From the NCBI GenBank assembly GCA_963752255.1, contig CAVVXT010000003.1:32001-96000 (forward strand): a stretch of 64,000 nt of DNA, given 5' to 3'. The DNA comes from Nitrososphaeria archaeon (GTDB taxonomy: Archaea; Thermoproteota; Nitrososphaeria; JACIWG01). The notes beneath the pieces are model-generated. The model was not told the DNA's origin. It worked only from the letters and a program-made list of their open reading frames with translations, and searched no databases. Below are positions 30,863 to 42,252 of this stretch, in pieces. The translations under genes and the position numbers were made by a program. Position 1 is the first letter of the stretch; every line of letters begins with the position of its first letter.

Positions 30863-31787
30863 TATAAAGCACCATACTGAAAGTCTGTATATTATCCTGC
30901 ATCATTGTTATATATGTTTTACCCGCACTTTGATCAGATTGAGTCAAACCTTCTATGGGATCCATAAGAACCAGTTTAGCATTTGTCTGAGCAGCGATTG
31001 ACTGGGAAATCGCAGGATTTTCCAGCGATTCATATCCTACATAGCAGAGATGATATTGGTGAATCGAATTGATCACATTTTGGATATCGCTCGGAGTTGG
31101 TTCCTCTTCAAACGGACCTGCGATAGGTATCTGAATTAAACCGTATTGATTTGCGAAATAAGCAAAGGCTTCGTGGAAGGTTACAAAGTAATGGGTCTTC
31201 GCGTTCGAAGTAATGTTAACCATTTCAGAGTTCAGATAATCGAGTTTTGCTTCGTATAGTTGTGCATTTTTAGTGAAATACTGTTGATCAGCTGGATCTG
31301 CTTTGATTAAACCTTGAAGGATGTTGTTCACCTCTTGTTTAGCAAGAACAGGGTCAAGCCAAATATGAGGGTCCACTGTTCTACCGTTTCTCTGAAATTG
31401 AGGAGGCACCTGAAGAAGCGGAATACCTTCGCTACAATTTACTAGAAGCAATTTGGGGTTATTTGCAGCGCTCACTACTTGGGAAATCCATGGTTCCAGA
31501 CCCGCACCATTGTATATCAATACGTTAGCCTTTTCCACCTGAAGTATTGAAGACGGTGTAGGTTCAAACGAATGCACGTCTTCGGTCGCGGGAACAAGTA
31601 TTGAGGCGTTGATTTTGTCTCCTCCAACGTTTTGAGCAAAGTCATAAATTGGATAGAATGTCGAAATCACCTCCAAAGTTGAACTTGAACTTTGCGGGGC
31701 ATTGGACGAAAACAAGCCAAATAAAGCTCCAACTAGAATAAGAATGAGAATGCAGACCGCAAGGATGAGGTAAGCCTTTTTCTGCAT
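30846..31787 (-). CDS. znuA: Zn/Mn-type (cluster A-I) metal-binding protein
   Basis: N-terminal TM; DVHSFEP, DPHIWLDP, FHEAF, YES ligands. Confidence 0.9.
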   Translation of the reverse strand: MQKKAYLILAVCILILILVGALFGLFSSNAPQSSSSTLEVISTFYPIYDFAQNVGGDKINASILVPATEDVHSFEPTPSSILQVEKANVLIYNGAGLEPWISQVVSAANNPKLLLVNCSEGIPLLQVPPQFQRNGRTVDPHIWLDPVLAKQEVNNILQGLIKADPADQQYFTKNAQLYEAKLDYLNSEMVNITSNAKTHYFVTFHEAFAYFANQYGLIQIPIAGPFEEEPTPSDIQNVINSIHQYHLCYVGYESLENPAISQSIAAQTNAKLVLMDPIEGLTQSDQSAGKTYITMMQDNIQTFSMVLYNVGCS

Positions 31788-31894
31788 ACGTTTAAGGGGA
31801 GGTCTGGTTAAGTTTATTAACTTTTTCATTTTTTTTAATAATTCCTTTTTATTAGGATAATATAATATATATTAATGAATATTGAGGTTATGAT

Positions 31895-32296
31895 ATGAGC
31901 ATAATAAGCGTTTCATTACCTAAAGAACTGCTTAAAGAACTAGACTCCATACTTGGTGAAGAACGGAATGCGACAAGGTCCAAGGTGCTTAGACAGGCTC
32001 TTCGAATGTATATTTCTGAATATAAAGAACTCGACAAGATTAAAGGGGATACGGTTGCAACGATAACCGTTCTATATGAAAAGATAGAAAAAAATGCAGA
32101 ATTATTCCGACTGCAACATGAATTTAGTGATATGATCACAGCATACCTGCATTCGCATTTAACAGAGATGAGCTGCCTTGAGGTTATGGTTATAAAAGGC
32201 TCCTCTACGCGTTTAAAGAGTCTTGTAGACGGTCTCAAAGCGAATAAACGCGTGAAAAAGATAAAAATTTCTATAATGACAACAGGCGAATGTTAG
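31895..32296 (+). CDS. nikR: NikR-family ribbon-helix-helix metal-responsive regulator
   Basis: ISVSLP..LD...RS RHH domain; QHEF..HSHL....CLEV His3Cys site. Confidence 0.85.
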   Translation: MSIISVSLPKELLKELDSILGEERNATRSKVLRQALRMYISEYKELDKIKGDTVATITVLYEKIEKNAELFRLQHEFSDMITAYLHSHLTEMSCLEVMVIKGSSTRLKSLVDGLKANKRVKKIKISIMTTGEC

Positions 32297-32339
32297 GTAT
32301 GCTTAATTAAATTCAAGTTCACAACCATTAAGGGAGAAA

Positions 32340-32627
32340 GTGGAAGATGAGCTTCACCTGCCTTCCGATTCAAACATCTGCCTGAACTGTATCTTTTTTA
32401 AGAAGGATTCAAGGTTCTGCACAAAGGGAGAGCTTGAGTCTTACCGAGCTTTTACAAAGATGGGTTGTCAATTCCACTCCCAAGGATCGTATATGATCCG
32501 CATCAGTCGACGATTCTACGATAAAACCGTTAAAGCAAGGAGAGAGCAATATCTTATAACGAAAACAGTTTCAATGTTTAAAGCTCAAAATATAGTTAAA
32601 ATTTTGCAAGACGGTAAAGAAGGGTAA
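32340..32627 (+). CDS. Hypothetical Cys-containing protein
   Basis: CLNC..C..C.FH; SD-like GGGAGA before GTG. Confidence 0.55.
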   Translation: MEDELHLPSDSNICLNCIFFKKDSRFCTKGELESYRAFTKMGCQFHSQGSYMIRISRRFYDKTVKARREQYLITKTVSMFKAQNIVKILQDGKEG

Positions 32628-32969
32628 TTTCTTATATAGATAGCAGTGGGTAAATGTTCAAAAGATGGAAGGAAATGGGGTTAACCTCAAAATGCGTTAA
32701 GCAAAATGCTATCACAGTCAACATTCTTTCTAGCTATTAACCTACACCAAATCTTATAGAGATTAAATTTTCAGATCTTGAGATTTAATATCCTCTATTT
32801 TTTATTTCTTATAGCTTTTTTCATTTTATTTAGGTCGGCGAGCGTACGATTTATAAAAAATTCTGAAAAATCCGAAAAGTTTAAACTATCTCGAGTTCAA
32901 TTTAATTTTTTGATGGCTGAAGACGCTGGAAGGACTTTAGTTAGCACGGCAAAAAAGGATTGATCCAAG

Positions 32970-33140
32970 ATGAAGAGAATGGTCGAACCAAGAAAAAACT
33001 ACCTGCAAAGATTTAACCGTCTGCTTGCAGTGCCGACGTTGGTTTTGTTCATAATCTTAACTATATCAGGATATGGCATAACTAACCTGAATACGGTAAC
33101 TAATTGTGCTGATGCAGTACATGGTGGTGTGAGAAGTTGA
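32970..33140 (+). pseudogene. 56-aa membrane ORF, probable truncated DUF4405/cytochrome-b-like subunit (not in ORF track)
   Basis: MKRMVEPRKNYLQRFNRLLAVPTLVLFIILTISGYGITN...; TTGA overlap with the next gene. Confidence 0.4.
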
Positions 33141-34424
33141 AGAATTGCAAAGCGATTGTCTTCGCAGGTTTTATAGTGATGTCTCCCCTGTTAACCTTCA
33201 TGCCAACAATGAAGCAGGCTGATGCCCAGACAGACATTGTATTACGAATTTACGGTGCCGTAAACAACCCTTTGAACCTCACGTACGATCAGCTGCTTTC
33301 TTTTCCCATGGTTTCAGAGGTGGCAAGGCTAAAGTGTGTTGCAGGATATCCTGACGTCACATACAACTGGACTGGAATACCGCTTTTTTATCTATTGACC
33401 TTAGCTCAGATTAAGCCTGACGCCGACAAGGTCGTAGCGATAAGTGGTTTAGACGGCTTTTCTTCGGACCTCCCTGTCGAATACGCTTTGGAACCTACGA
33501 CGATACTGGCGCTAGAAGCAAATGGAACGAACTTGCCCACGATACCGGACAGCCAAACCGGGCTCAATAGGCTAGTTGTCCCAGGAATGTATGGCTTCAA
33601 ATGGGTCAGTGGGGTCGACGAGATAAATGTAACGACGAATAATGTTCTAGGACTCTATGAGAGCAAGGGCTACTCCGATGAAGCCTTTGTGCCTAACTAT
33701 GGGCCCATATATGCGTTGGCTCCCCCGCTGCAAACGTTCAATGTAACTTACTCAAACAGAACGTTCGAAGTTGATTCATTCACAAATGCTTCAATGACAA
33801 ACGTCGTCTTTGACCCTTCCCAGAAAAAAATGAACGTGAACATGACCGTTTTTCAATGGAACATCGAGTTTTGTGGACTTCATATTAGAGCAAGGCTTTT
33901 TAAAAGGACCATACAACGTCACGATAGACGAAAAACCAACAAGCGCGATTGAAGCTGACACAAACGGGACTTCATACCTCTACATAACTCTTGCCGAAGG
34001 CTTTCACACTGTAAGCATATCAGGTATAGTGTTATTGTATCCTGAAATAACACTGTACTACCAGGCATCAACATATGTTGGAAAGAGCGTAACATTTGAT
34101 GCAAGCAAATCTGTAGACATAGGAAAAATAGTCTCTTACGGTTGGAGCTTCGGCGACGGCTCAATCACAAACGGAACCACAGCGGCAGTGGTGTCGCATT
34201 CTTATGAAAAACAAGGAACGTACCAAGTGGAACTCGAAGTAACAAACAATGAAGGTCTAAGTAGTTTCAAGACGGTTACGATAACCGTTACAGTCCCGCC
34301 TGGGAACATTTTCTTCATCCTCATAGTCATTTTAGCGGCCATTCTAATATTAATCATCTTGATATTAGCCTATCTTCTAGTGACCAGAAGAAAGGACACA
34401 ATAGGCCGCAAATTAGCTCAATAG
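33137..34424 (+). CDS. Secreted sulfite-oxidase/MsrP-family Moco domain + PKD domain + C-terminal TM anchor (one gene split by +1 T at 33849-33853)
   Basis: Signal peptide; RLKCVAG Mo-Cys; WTGIPL; RLVVPGMYGFKWV. Removing one T joins it to VDFILEQG...; PKD motifs FDASKS..YGWSFGDG..HSY...GTYQV; TM plus RRK. Confidence 0.8.
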
Positions 34425-35182
34425 TTAAGAATTTGCCGATTTTACCTAACTTTTTGCTATTTAACCTATTTAGTAGTCAATATAGTGGTAATAGTAATAA
34501 TAATAATTTGTACAATTTATGATAATAATAATTAATAATAATAATTTAAACTTTTTATCATTTACCACTTTTCCCATGCTAAAATGGATGTTTTTCGGGC
34601 TATTTTGCTGGTTTAAACCCTTATTTGGTCTAGACCAAATATCGTAAGTAGAACACACATTTATAATTTAGAGAGCAAAATTAAGGAAATCAATGGATGA
34701 TCCATTGTTACAAGTTATTTTTTATACCAAATATTTTCTCCTAAATCTATTTTATACAAATAAAGAAGATATGTTCGGAATTGAAGACTAAAACCATATT
34801 TTTTAACCTTTAGACGGCTGCTTGCACGCCAAGAACTTTTTAAATTTTGGAGAGGAAGCTTTTAATATTTTTTAGTAAAAGGTATTCCTAAATGTAACAT
34901 GCTTTAAGAGACAGAATAATTGAATTGCTTTTCTCCAGAATTGTCTATCCATTATTATTCTTGATCAGACATAAAAAGATATAGATCAAACATAAGTATA
35001 TGTAGACAAAGATATAATGTTGGTAGCACGATAAATAGGAAGCTTTGCCCTTAAGTTTTTACTACTTGAGCAGCAATATATCTTTGAAGTAAGATGAGGA
35101 AGGTAAACGTACACCCGCAATAGATAAAATAGTTTATTTGCTCTGCAATTTTTGTTAAGATACTTTATATAGATTGCTGAAG

Positions 35183-35446
35183 TTAAGTTCTCATCCACTC
35201 TAACCCCAGGCTTCTTTCATCAATGATCATCATTGTTAATGTCGACTTGACATTTTCTATCTTTCTTATTTTTCCTGTTATAATTTCATCAAGCTTCTCA
35301 ATTGTGTCTGCTTGAACCCTTGCAGCGATATCATAGGCGCCATAAACTGCGAAAGCTTCAACAACACCTTCAATCTTCCTAATCGCCTTTAGTACATCCA
35401 CCTCAGAACTCATTTCCACATTTATTAAAACAAGGGCCCCTGCCAT
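35183..35446 (-). CDS. Stand-alone Lrp/AsnC ligand-binding (RAM) domain protein
   Basis: ALVLIN..VYGAYDI..IRKIENVKSTLTM. Confidence 0.9.
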   Translation of the reverse strand: MAGALVLINVEMSSEVDVLKAIRKIEGVVEAFAVYGAYDIAARVQADTIEKLDEIITGKIRKIENVKSTLTMMIIDERSLGLEWMRT

Positions 35447-35589
35447 TTCTATTTCACAGTCATAATACGATATGCGCTTCAGTATTTATCTTTTTGGTAA
35501 TCCATGTTTTTCAACACAAAGGAAAAGGTCAAGAATCGCAGAAATTATCGGAAAGTTCAAAAATGAAGAAATCGATAAAATCAATCTTG

Positions 35590-36093
35590 TTATTTCTTAA
35601 TGTATAGAAATAAATTGTTTACGTATTTCTCGTATTGCCATCCTTCGATCTCCCACCAATATGAAACTACCCTTGCTCCTGCCTTGAGTTCGCCTTCTAA
35701 CTTCTTCCCAATGTTATTATTGATTCTACCCTTATATTGGAATATGAATACTACGGTGGCGTCGCTTAAGTTGGCTTTAAAGAAGTTTCCAAGTATTATT
35801 TTGGCTTTTCTTGCATTCAGTTTACTTATGAAGTATTTGATTGGCTCTATTTCTATCCCCGTCACGTTGTCGCATATTTTGGATGCTTCAGCTAGTATGT
35901 GCCCAAACCCAGAACCAAGATCGTAAAAGACATCGTCCTTCTTTAATTCACATAGTTCTAAGGCTTGTTTTACTGTCTTAGAAGGTGCAGGGGTCCATAA
36001 TGACCCACCATGAACCCAGGGCCACACGAACCATAGAAAAAGAAAGATAATTAGCACGATAGCGTATATAATGGTAACAATTTCAGATATCAA
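35590..36093 (-). CDS. Membrane-anchored class I SAM methyltransferase (FAM173/aKMT-like)
   Basis: N-terminal TM, WTPAP, YDLGSGFG, GIEI, ATVVF, GARVVS. Confidence 0.85.
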   Translation of the reverse strand: MISEIVTIIYAIVLIIFLFLWFVWPWVHGGSLWTPAPSKTVKQALELCELKKDDVFYDLGSGFGHILAEASKICDNVTGIEIEPIKYFISKLNARKAKIILGNFFKANLSDATVVFIFQYKGRINNNIGKKLEGELKAGARVVSYWWEIEGWQYEKYVNNLFLYIKK

Positions 36094-36158
36094 TCTCTTT
36101 CACCTTATCCATTTATAATACCTATATAGGATTAAGAATTAGTCTAAGAAATAGGGTT

Positions 36159-36245
36159 GAAGTGTTAGAAAAGGAGATTTCTAAGGTTTCAGAAATAGAG
36201 AAAATAGTTAAAGAACTTCAACAGAAAAGGCTAGGGATTAACTAA
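36159..36245 (+). repeat. Dispersed 87-bp repeat, copy 2
   Basis: Matches 20478-20564; reads (ISLRNRV)EVLEKEISKVSEIEKIVKELQQKRLGIN*. Confidence 0.75.
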
Positions 36246-36303
36246 CTAAAAAATCCTATGAGTTATAATATATCAAAAAAAATATTGGGAAGGTGTGTCT
36301 TGG

Positions 36304-36570
36304 TTATTCTACGAGTTTTCTGGCTTCTTCAGCTGGTACTGCGACGAGTGTCTCAGTTGTGATGTGTCCTCCGCTTGCCATCGCGACTTTCATAGCTGCT
36401 TTTTCATTAGGCGCTTCAATTATGTTGACTGCGTCGTATCTGCCTAGTGTATAATATATTCCAAGAAACTTCACTCCTTCTTTCTTTACTTTTTCAATAA
36501 GCTTCTTGTTTTCAGCAATCATTTCCTTTGTTGGCTTCTGCCTCCACTTAATTAAACTGATAAAGATCAT
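36304..36570 (-). CDS. GYD-domain protein
   Basis: YYTLGRYD..IIEAPN...TETL. Confidence 0.9.
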   Translation of the reverse strand: MIFISLIKWRQKPTKEMIAENKKLIEKVKKEGVKFLGIYYTLGRYDAVNIIEAPNEKAAMKVAMASGGHITTETLVAVPAEEARKLVE

Positions 36571-36697
36571 TTTATCACTTAAGTGTTAGAAAGAGCCTTC
36601 TTCCTTATAAGAGTATTTAACCTTCACAAATAGCCACACTCTATCTTATTTTTTAATGTCATATAGGTTTGACATATATTTTTTCTATCGCAAAAGG

Positions 36698-36979
36698 CTA
36701 GTGATGAACTGGCAATGTTGAATCTTGAACAAATATTTCATTAGCAAAATAGGTATGATAAGGTTCTACTTGAATATTATAAACATCTTCAAGTTCACAT
36801 TCTTCTATTTTTGCAATTCGTTTAAGGTAATCCTTTACACTTTCTGTTTGAACCTGATAATCTACTTTTAATTCACCTGCTTTTATCCAAAGTATTCTTT
36901 GCCTTCTTGAATAATCATCTTTTACTATACCATAAACTGGGTGCTCTTTTGTCAATAGACTCAACAAAATTTTAAACAT
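36698..36979 (-). CDS. Hypothetical protein
   Basis: 93-aa ORF starting 25 nt after the HD gene, same strand. Confidence 0.55.
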   Translation of the reverse strand: MFKILLSLLTKEHPVYGIVKDDYSRRQRILWIKAGELKVDYQVQTESVKDYLKRIAKIEECELEDVYNIQVEPYHTYFANEIFVQDSTLPVHH

Positions 36980-37004
36980 ACGTTAATCTAACATCTGATC
37001 AGTA

Positions 37005-37640
37005 CTAAATGCTATAATTTAGTTCGTTATAGAGTTCTTCTAGGAAAACTAACATAAAGTTATGCCTTTTTTCCCCTATTTCTTTCGCGGCTTTTGTATT
37101 AAGGCTGTCCTTAACTTTTAGAAGTTTCTCTTTAAAGTGTGTGGTAGTGGATTTGACCTTAAATGGGTTATAATCTTCAACCTTTTCAAACGGGTTATAA
37201 ATTGGTGCTCCTCTTGCACCACCGTAGGCAAATGCTCTCGCCACCCCTATCGCACCGAGTGAATCCAATCTATCGGCGTCCTGAAGTATTTTTGCTTCTA
37301 GACTCCCTGGTTGAAGCTTTTTACTGTATCTGTGATATCTTATGGACTCTACAACTTTATCGATTTTATCAGAATAAAATCCTATGCCTTTTAGGAATAT
37401 GCTAGCCATATTTGCGCCTGTTTCAGCATGGTCAACCCCCTCATTTATCTCATGTGAAATTCCAATATCGTGGAGAAATGCCGCGGCTTCTATTACATCC
37501 ATGTCTGCCCCTTCAATTTTTCCTATGTATGCAGCTATTTTGAACACCCTCTCAACATGATACCAATCGTGTCCGGTTGAATCTGCTATGCATAAAGATT
37601 TTGCATATTCAATGATTTTTTCTTCAAGAGTTTTATCCAT
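37005..37640 (-). CDS. HD-domain phosphohydrolase (YedJ/YpgQ-like)
   Basis: GHDWYHVERV, LHDI, QDADRLD.LGAIG..RAF, HFKEKL. Confidence 0.92.
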   Translation of the reverse strand: MDKTLEEKIIEYAKSLCIADSTGHDWYHVERVFKIAAYIGKIEGADMDVIEAAAFLHDIGISHEINEGVDHAETGANMASIFLKGIGFYSDKIDKVVESIRYHRYSKKLQPGSLEAKILQDADRLDSLGAIGVARAFAYGGARGAPIYNPFEKVEDYNPFKVKSTTTHFKEKLLKVKDSLNTKAAKEIGEKRHNFMLVFLEELYNELNYSI

Positions 37641-37777
37641 CGCGATTGTTGCAACATGTCAAATATTATAATTTATTGATGATCGCGTAAAGTTATCGAT
37701 TTTTATTGTGATGCTATAATTCTGTTTTGCAGCATTAACTTTTTATATCATTACCTGACGCCTATTCTTGAGGGCTA

Positions 37778-38059
37778 ATGGTTTCAGTGAAAGTATTGTT
37801 TTTCGCAGTCTTTAGAGAGAAATATGGCTTAAAAGAGACAAATCTCGAGTTTGATGGTACATTGGAAGGTTTTTTAACGGCATTAGCTCTTAAGGTTAAC
37901 AAAGCAATTGTCGAAGACATCTTTGACTCTGGGACTAAACAAATCAGAAGCAACTTGATTATAATGATAAACGGAAGAAATGTGAGGGATATAAAAGGAG
38001 AAATAAAGTTTAATGACAACGATGTTGTAGCAATTTTTCCTCCGATCGGTGGAGGCTAG
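37778..38059 (+). CDS. Ubiquitin-like SAMP/MoaD sulfur carrier
   Basis: VKVLFFA..RE, INGRN, FPPIGGG C-terminus. Confidence 0.92.
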   Translation: MVSVKVLFFAVFREKYGLKETNLEFDGTLEGFLTALALKVNKAIVEDIFDSGTKQIRSNLIIMINGRNVRDIKGEIKFNDNDVVAIFPPIGGG

Positions 38060-38223
38060 CTCAAAGTTGTATTTTATATTTCTATTTTTTTCTTATCTTA
38101 ACGTTTTTTTACACGTTGTTAGTTTTACTAGGTTAATTTAAAGCCTTAATATATCTATAATTAAGGTTTATTCGAGGGGAATGATGCAGGGACTTCTTTT
38201 ATTATTGTGGAGGTAGATTTAGA

Positions 38224-39869
38224 TTGTGGAAGATATTGTCCACGTTTTCCACTATCCTATCTAACTTATCCAAAAAGAAGGTCTTGCGCTCTTCTTTCGG
38301 TTTCTTCTCCGTTGCCTTCTTTCTTTTTTTTGTGATCATTCCGTCAATTTATGTAGTGACCTACGTCCCATTAAATTGGCATGCTATAAGCCTAACGATA
38401 TTCTCTAATCCTGAAAATACAAAGGAGGTTATTGACAGTTTGGAGGTTAGCATTGTTCTTGCCTTACTTGTTGCCTCAATTGACATCATAATAGGTATTC
38501 CTCTTGCTTTTTACCTTGTAAGAGGGAAGGGACGGGTTCCACAAATAATGAATACAATAATAGAGATTCCAATTATAACGCCGACATCAGCTTTGGGTCT
38601 CTCCGTTGCTCTATTCTGGCCCGCTATAGCTGAAGGTTCCATCTCCCCTTTTATAATACTGATGTTGTTACACATTGCGTTTACTATTCCATATATGGTA
38701 AGAAGTGTCTCCGCAGCGTTAACTGACTTTGATATCTCATATGAGATGGCTTCAAAAACATTGGGTGCCCGTTCATTTACAGCGATAAGAACCATTACTC
38801 TACCTCTTGTAAAAGCTGGGATTTTGACTGGAACTATCCTTTCAATAGCTAGAAGTCTTAGTGAGACTGGCGCTACAACTATAGCGTTGACTATAATCAA
38901 TGCCTTAGGAAAGGTAAACACAGCACCTACATTGATATATATTTGGCGATCGCTTTCAGTCAATGATCCTGCATATCTCTATGCAGGTGCTTTTGTCAGT
39001 CTTTTATTAATTCTATTGTCATTTGTGCTGTTTTTTAGCGTTAAATTCTTCATTAGAAGATTCAAGCTTCCGTTGACTAAAGTGTACCTTCCTTTAGAGA
39101 CAGAATTAAGTAAGAAGAAATGGGGTAACTCGAAAAATATCATTACATGCATATTTTTTGTACTAATAGCATTCATTCCGGCTATCTATTCAATGTTCTA
39201 TGGATTAGGAAACATTGGAATACTGGCTGAAAAGTTTACATTAATAGGTGACAGCATATTGTACTCTTTAATAGTTGCTTCAATAGTAACGATCATCGAC
39301 TTACTATTAAGCATTCCTCTCGCTCTCTTTTTACTAGAGGTAATAGTAGGTTAAAAAATATAGTGGACTATTTAGTCGAGATCCCCATAGTATTCCCGAC
39401 GATTGCTGTTGGAATATCTCTGAACCTATTCTGGGTAGGCCTTGTTTCAAAGTCAACAGGTTTTAATTTTAGTGCCCTTGTGCTAATAATTTTTGCCCAT
39501 GTTGCAATAACATTTTCCTTTACAGTTAGAACTGTCGCCGATGCGATGAATACATTAGATCAAAGCGTTGAAGAGGCGGCTAAGACGTTGGGGGCGACAC
39601 CTTTTAGCACTTTCTTTAAAGTCGTTTTCCCCCAGATAAAATCTTCCATATTCGCTGGTGCGATATTTGCTTTTACAAGAAGTCTTGACGAAACCGGTGC
39701 TACACTGGCTGTTGCCCCTGGAGCGATAACCGCTTCTGTATTAATAGTGAACCTTGTTAACCAGAATATGTTAGCTGAGGCAGGTGCAGCGGCTTTAATG
39801 CTAACTACTATATCTTACATTATTCTTTTAATTATTAGGAAAGCAGGTGGAAAACATGGTCAAAGTTGA
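38224..39869 (+). CDS. Fused double ABC permease of ModB/CysTW type (split by a 1-nt deletion in T-run 39328-39332)
   Basis: Two EAA loops and RSL.ETGAT motifs; adding one T gives SIPLALFFTRGNSRLKNIVDYLVEIP. Confidence 0.85.
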
Positions 39870-40956
39870 ACTGTCTAAGATATCAAAGGCATTCAACGAT
39901 AACCAGGTGCTTGACAATATTAGGTTGACAATAGAAGATGGGGAATACTTCTGTCTAATAGGTCCATCTAGTGCAGGAAAAACCACAACCTTGAAGATTA
40001 TAGCAGGATTACATGTTCCTGATAGTGGCAAGGTTCTCTTTGATGGTAGGGATGTAACAAACATCGAAGCATGGGAACGTGGAGCCGTAATGATGTTCCA
40101 GAATCCAACACTCTTCACCAACATGAAGGTGCTTGAAAATATCCTCTTTCCTATGAGAGAGAAGGGAATGAACTATGTTAATTCCCTAAAGGTAGCAGAG
40201 GAGCTGCTAAGAAAGATACACATGGAAGACCGTGCCGATGCTTTTCCAAACGAGTTAAGTGGTGGAATGCAACAAAGAGTGGCTTTGGCAAGAGCCATGG
40301 CTTCTGGAACGAAGCTGCTATTACTTGATGAACCCTTGGGAGCTTTAGATGCAAGGCTGAGACTCGAACTAAGAGACGAACTTAGACAGTTTGCAAAGGA
40401 GAACGGTTTAACAGTCATACATGTGACTCAGGACCAAGATGAAGCTATGGCTGTAGCGGATAGAATTGCCCTGATAAAAGATGGAAAAATAACTCAAGTT
40501 GCTAAACCGTCTGAAATATATCTTCACCCATCTTCACCATTTGTGATGAATTTTATAGAGGGAACGAATTTTCTTGACGCTTATGTTGAAGATAAGAAGG
40601 ACAGCATCATGGATTTGGTTATTGAGAATACTTATCATAGGGTGAAGGCATATGGAAATTTTATGGTCGGAGAACGAGTTCTTGTCAGCCTTAGACCATC
40701 CGCGATTAAAATAATAAAGAGAAAAGGTGGTCAGCTTTTTACTCAAGTTCTACACAAAACTGTTATGGGTTCCTATGTAGTTGTGGATACAGCTCTCTTT
40801 GGCCCTAATAAGCCATTAACTGTAGAAACATCATTTAAGGAGGCAATGAAGTACGAAGAAAACGATGTTGTTTCTTTAAATATTGACATAGCGGACCTAA
40901 AAGTCTTCCGTTATCCTTTACTCGGTTTCATGAAGGAGGTTGAAGTATCGATTTGA
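39856..40956 (+). CDS. ABC ATP-binding protein (PotA/CysA type, TOBE domain)
   Basis: GPSSAGKT, LSGGMQQR, LDEP; H-loop is TQD. Confidence 0.92.
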   Translation: MVKVELSKISKAFNDNQVLDNIRLTIEDGEYFCLIGPSSAGKTTTLKIIAGLHVPDSGKVLFDGRDVTNIEAWERGAVMMFQNPTLFTNMKVLENILFPMREKGMNYVNSLKVAEELLRKIHMEDRADAFPNELSGGMQQRVALARAMASGTKLLLLDEPLGALDARLRLELRDELRQFAKENGLTVIHVTQDQDEAMAVADRIALIKDGKITQVAKPSEIYLHPSSPFVMNFIEGTNFLDAYVEDKKDSIMDLVIENTYHRVKAYGNFMVGERVLVSLRPSAIKIIKRKGGQLFTQVLHKTVMGSYVVVDTALFGPNKPLTVETSFKEAMKYEENDVVSLNIDIADLKVFRYPLLGFMKEVEVSI

Positions 40957-42039
40957 AGTTAAAAGTTGATGGCGTTACGAAAACGTTCGGAAAAATTGTT
41001 GCAGTAAATGATGTAAACCTTGATGTAAATGATGGAGAATATGTTGCAATTGTTGGCCCATCTGGTTGTGGAAAGAGCACCCTTTTGAAAATAGTAATGG
41101 GGATAATACATCAGGACAGAGGTAAAATAATAGTTGATGACAAAGACGTCAGCGATTTACCTCCGGAGAATCGAAATTTAGGTTTTGTTTTCCAAAACAT
41201 ACTTCTTTTCCCCAATATGACGGCATATCAGAACATCGCCTACAGCCCCATTGTTAAAGATTTTAATCCACTGCTGAGGAAACAGTTTGTAGAAGAAATG
41301 TTTGTATTTGGAAAAATAGATGCTTGGCGAGACTATCTTCCCGCTCAAATAAGCAGTAGGGGGATTCAGCAAAAAATCTCACTTGTCAGAGCTCTCGCAA
41401 CAGGTGCGAAGCTGTTGTTGCTTGATGAACCTTTATCTTCTCTGGACGCAAGAGTAAGAATTTCGCTCAGGTTAGAGGTCAGGAAAATTGTCAAACAACT
41501 GGGAATCACGGCAATTTATGTTACCCATGATCAGGAAGAAGCTATGGCAATAGCGGATAGAATAGTTGTAATGAAAAAGGGGTCCGTAGTTGAGATAGGA
41601 ACACCAGAAGAGGTATATATGCGGCCTAAAAACATTTTTACTGCCTTTTTTTTGGGGAAAGGTAACTTTATCCCGGCTAAGATCATCAGCCGGAAATATA
41701 AGTCAAGTATCGTAGCATCAGAGAAAATGGCTTTTGAAAGTGAATCCCATCTCAATCTAGGCGAAGAATGTTGTCGTATTCTTTAGACCAGAGAACGTTA
41801 TATTTGAAAGGAGAGGTTATAATGATTACACTGGAAAGATAGTTGAAAAGAGGTTTATTGGACGACATGTTGACTATATTATAGAGTCTAATGGTGTTAA
41901 AGTAAATTCACGATTACTTAGGATAGATGACCCATCGATGGAAGTTAACGATGTGATAGATTTCCACATAGAAAAAGAGGATATTATAGTCTACAAGTTT
42001 CCTGAGGAGGGACTAGATGCAGCTTTTAAGCTGGAATAG
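40953..42039 (+). CDS. Second ABC ATP-binding protein (split by +1 nt near 41764; real stop 42039)
   Basis: GPSGCGKS, LDEP, THD. Removing one A gives GENVVVFFRPE... through to KFPEEGLDAAFKLE*, paralleling the first ATPase's C-terminus. Confidence 0.85.
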
Positions 42040-42252
42040 GAAGTTTGATAACAAATTTCATTATTTAAAAAATTTAATAAAAATGATATTTCAGCACAGT
42101 TAAGTGTTGTTTAAATCTTCAGTTTTAAGAAACAATTAGTCTTAAATTTAGTCGACTTAATACTAACAAAACTTTTATCTATATAATTTTAAACATTTTT
42201 TTGACAATCAAATAAGTTTATATAATAAATATGAAATATCAGTTAACATTGT

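Noticed and set aside
34470-34560. TAATAA-type repeats and poly-I/poly-Y ORF
   Set aside because: AT-rich low-complexity DNA; no repeat-spacer structure, so not CRISPR
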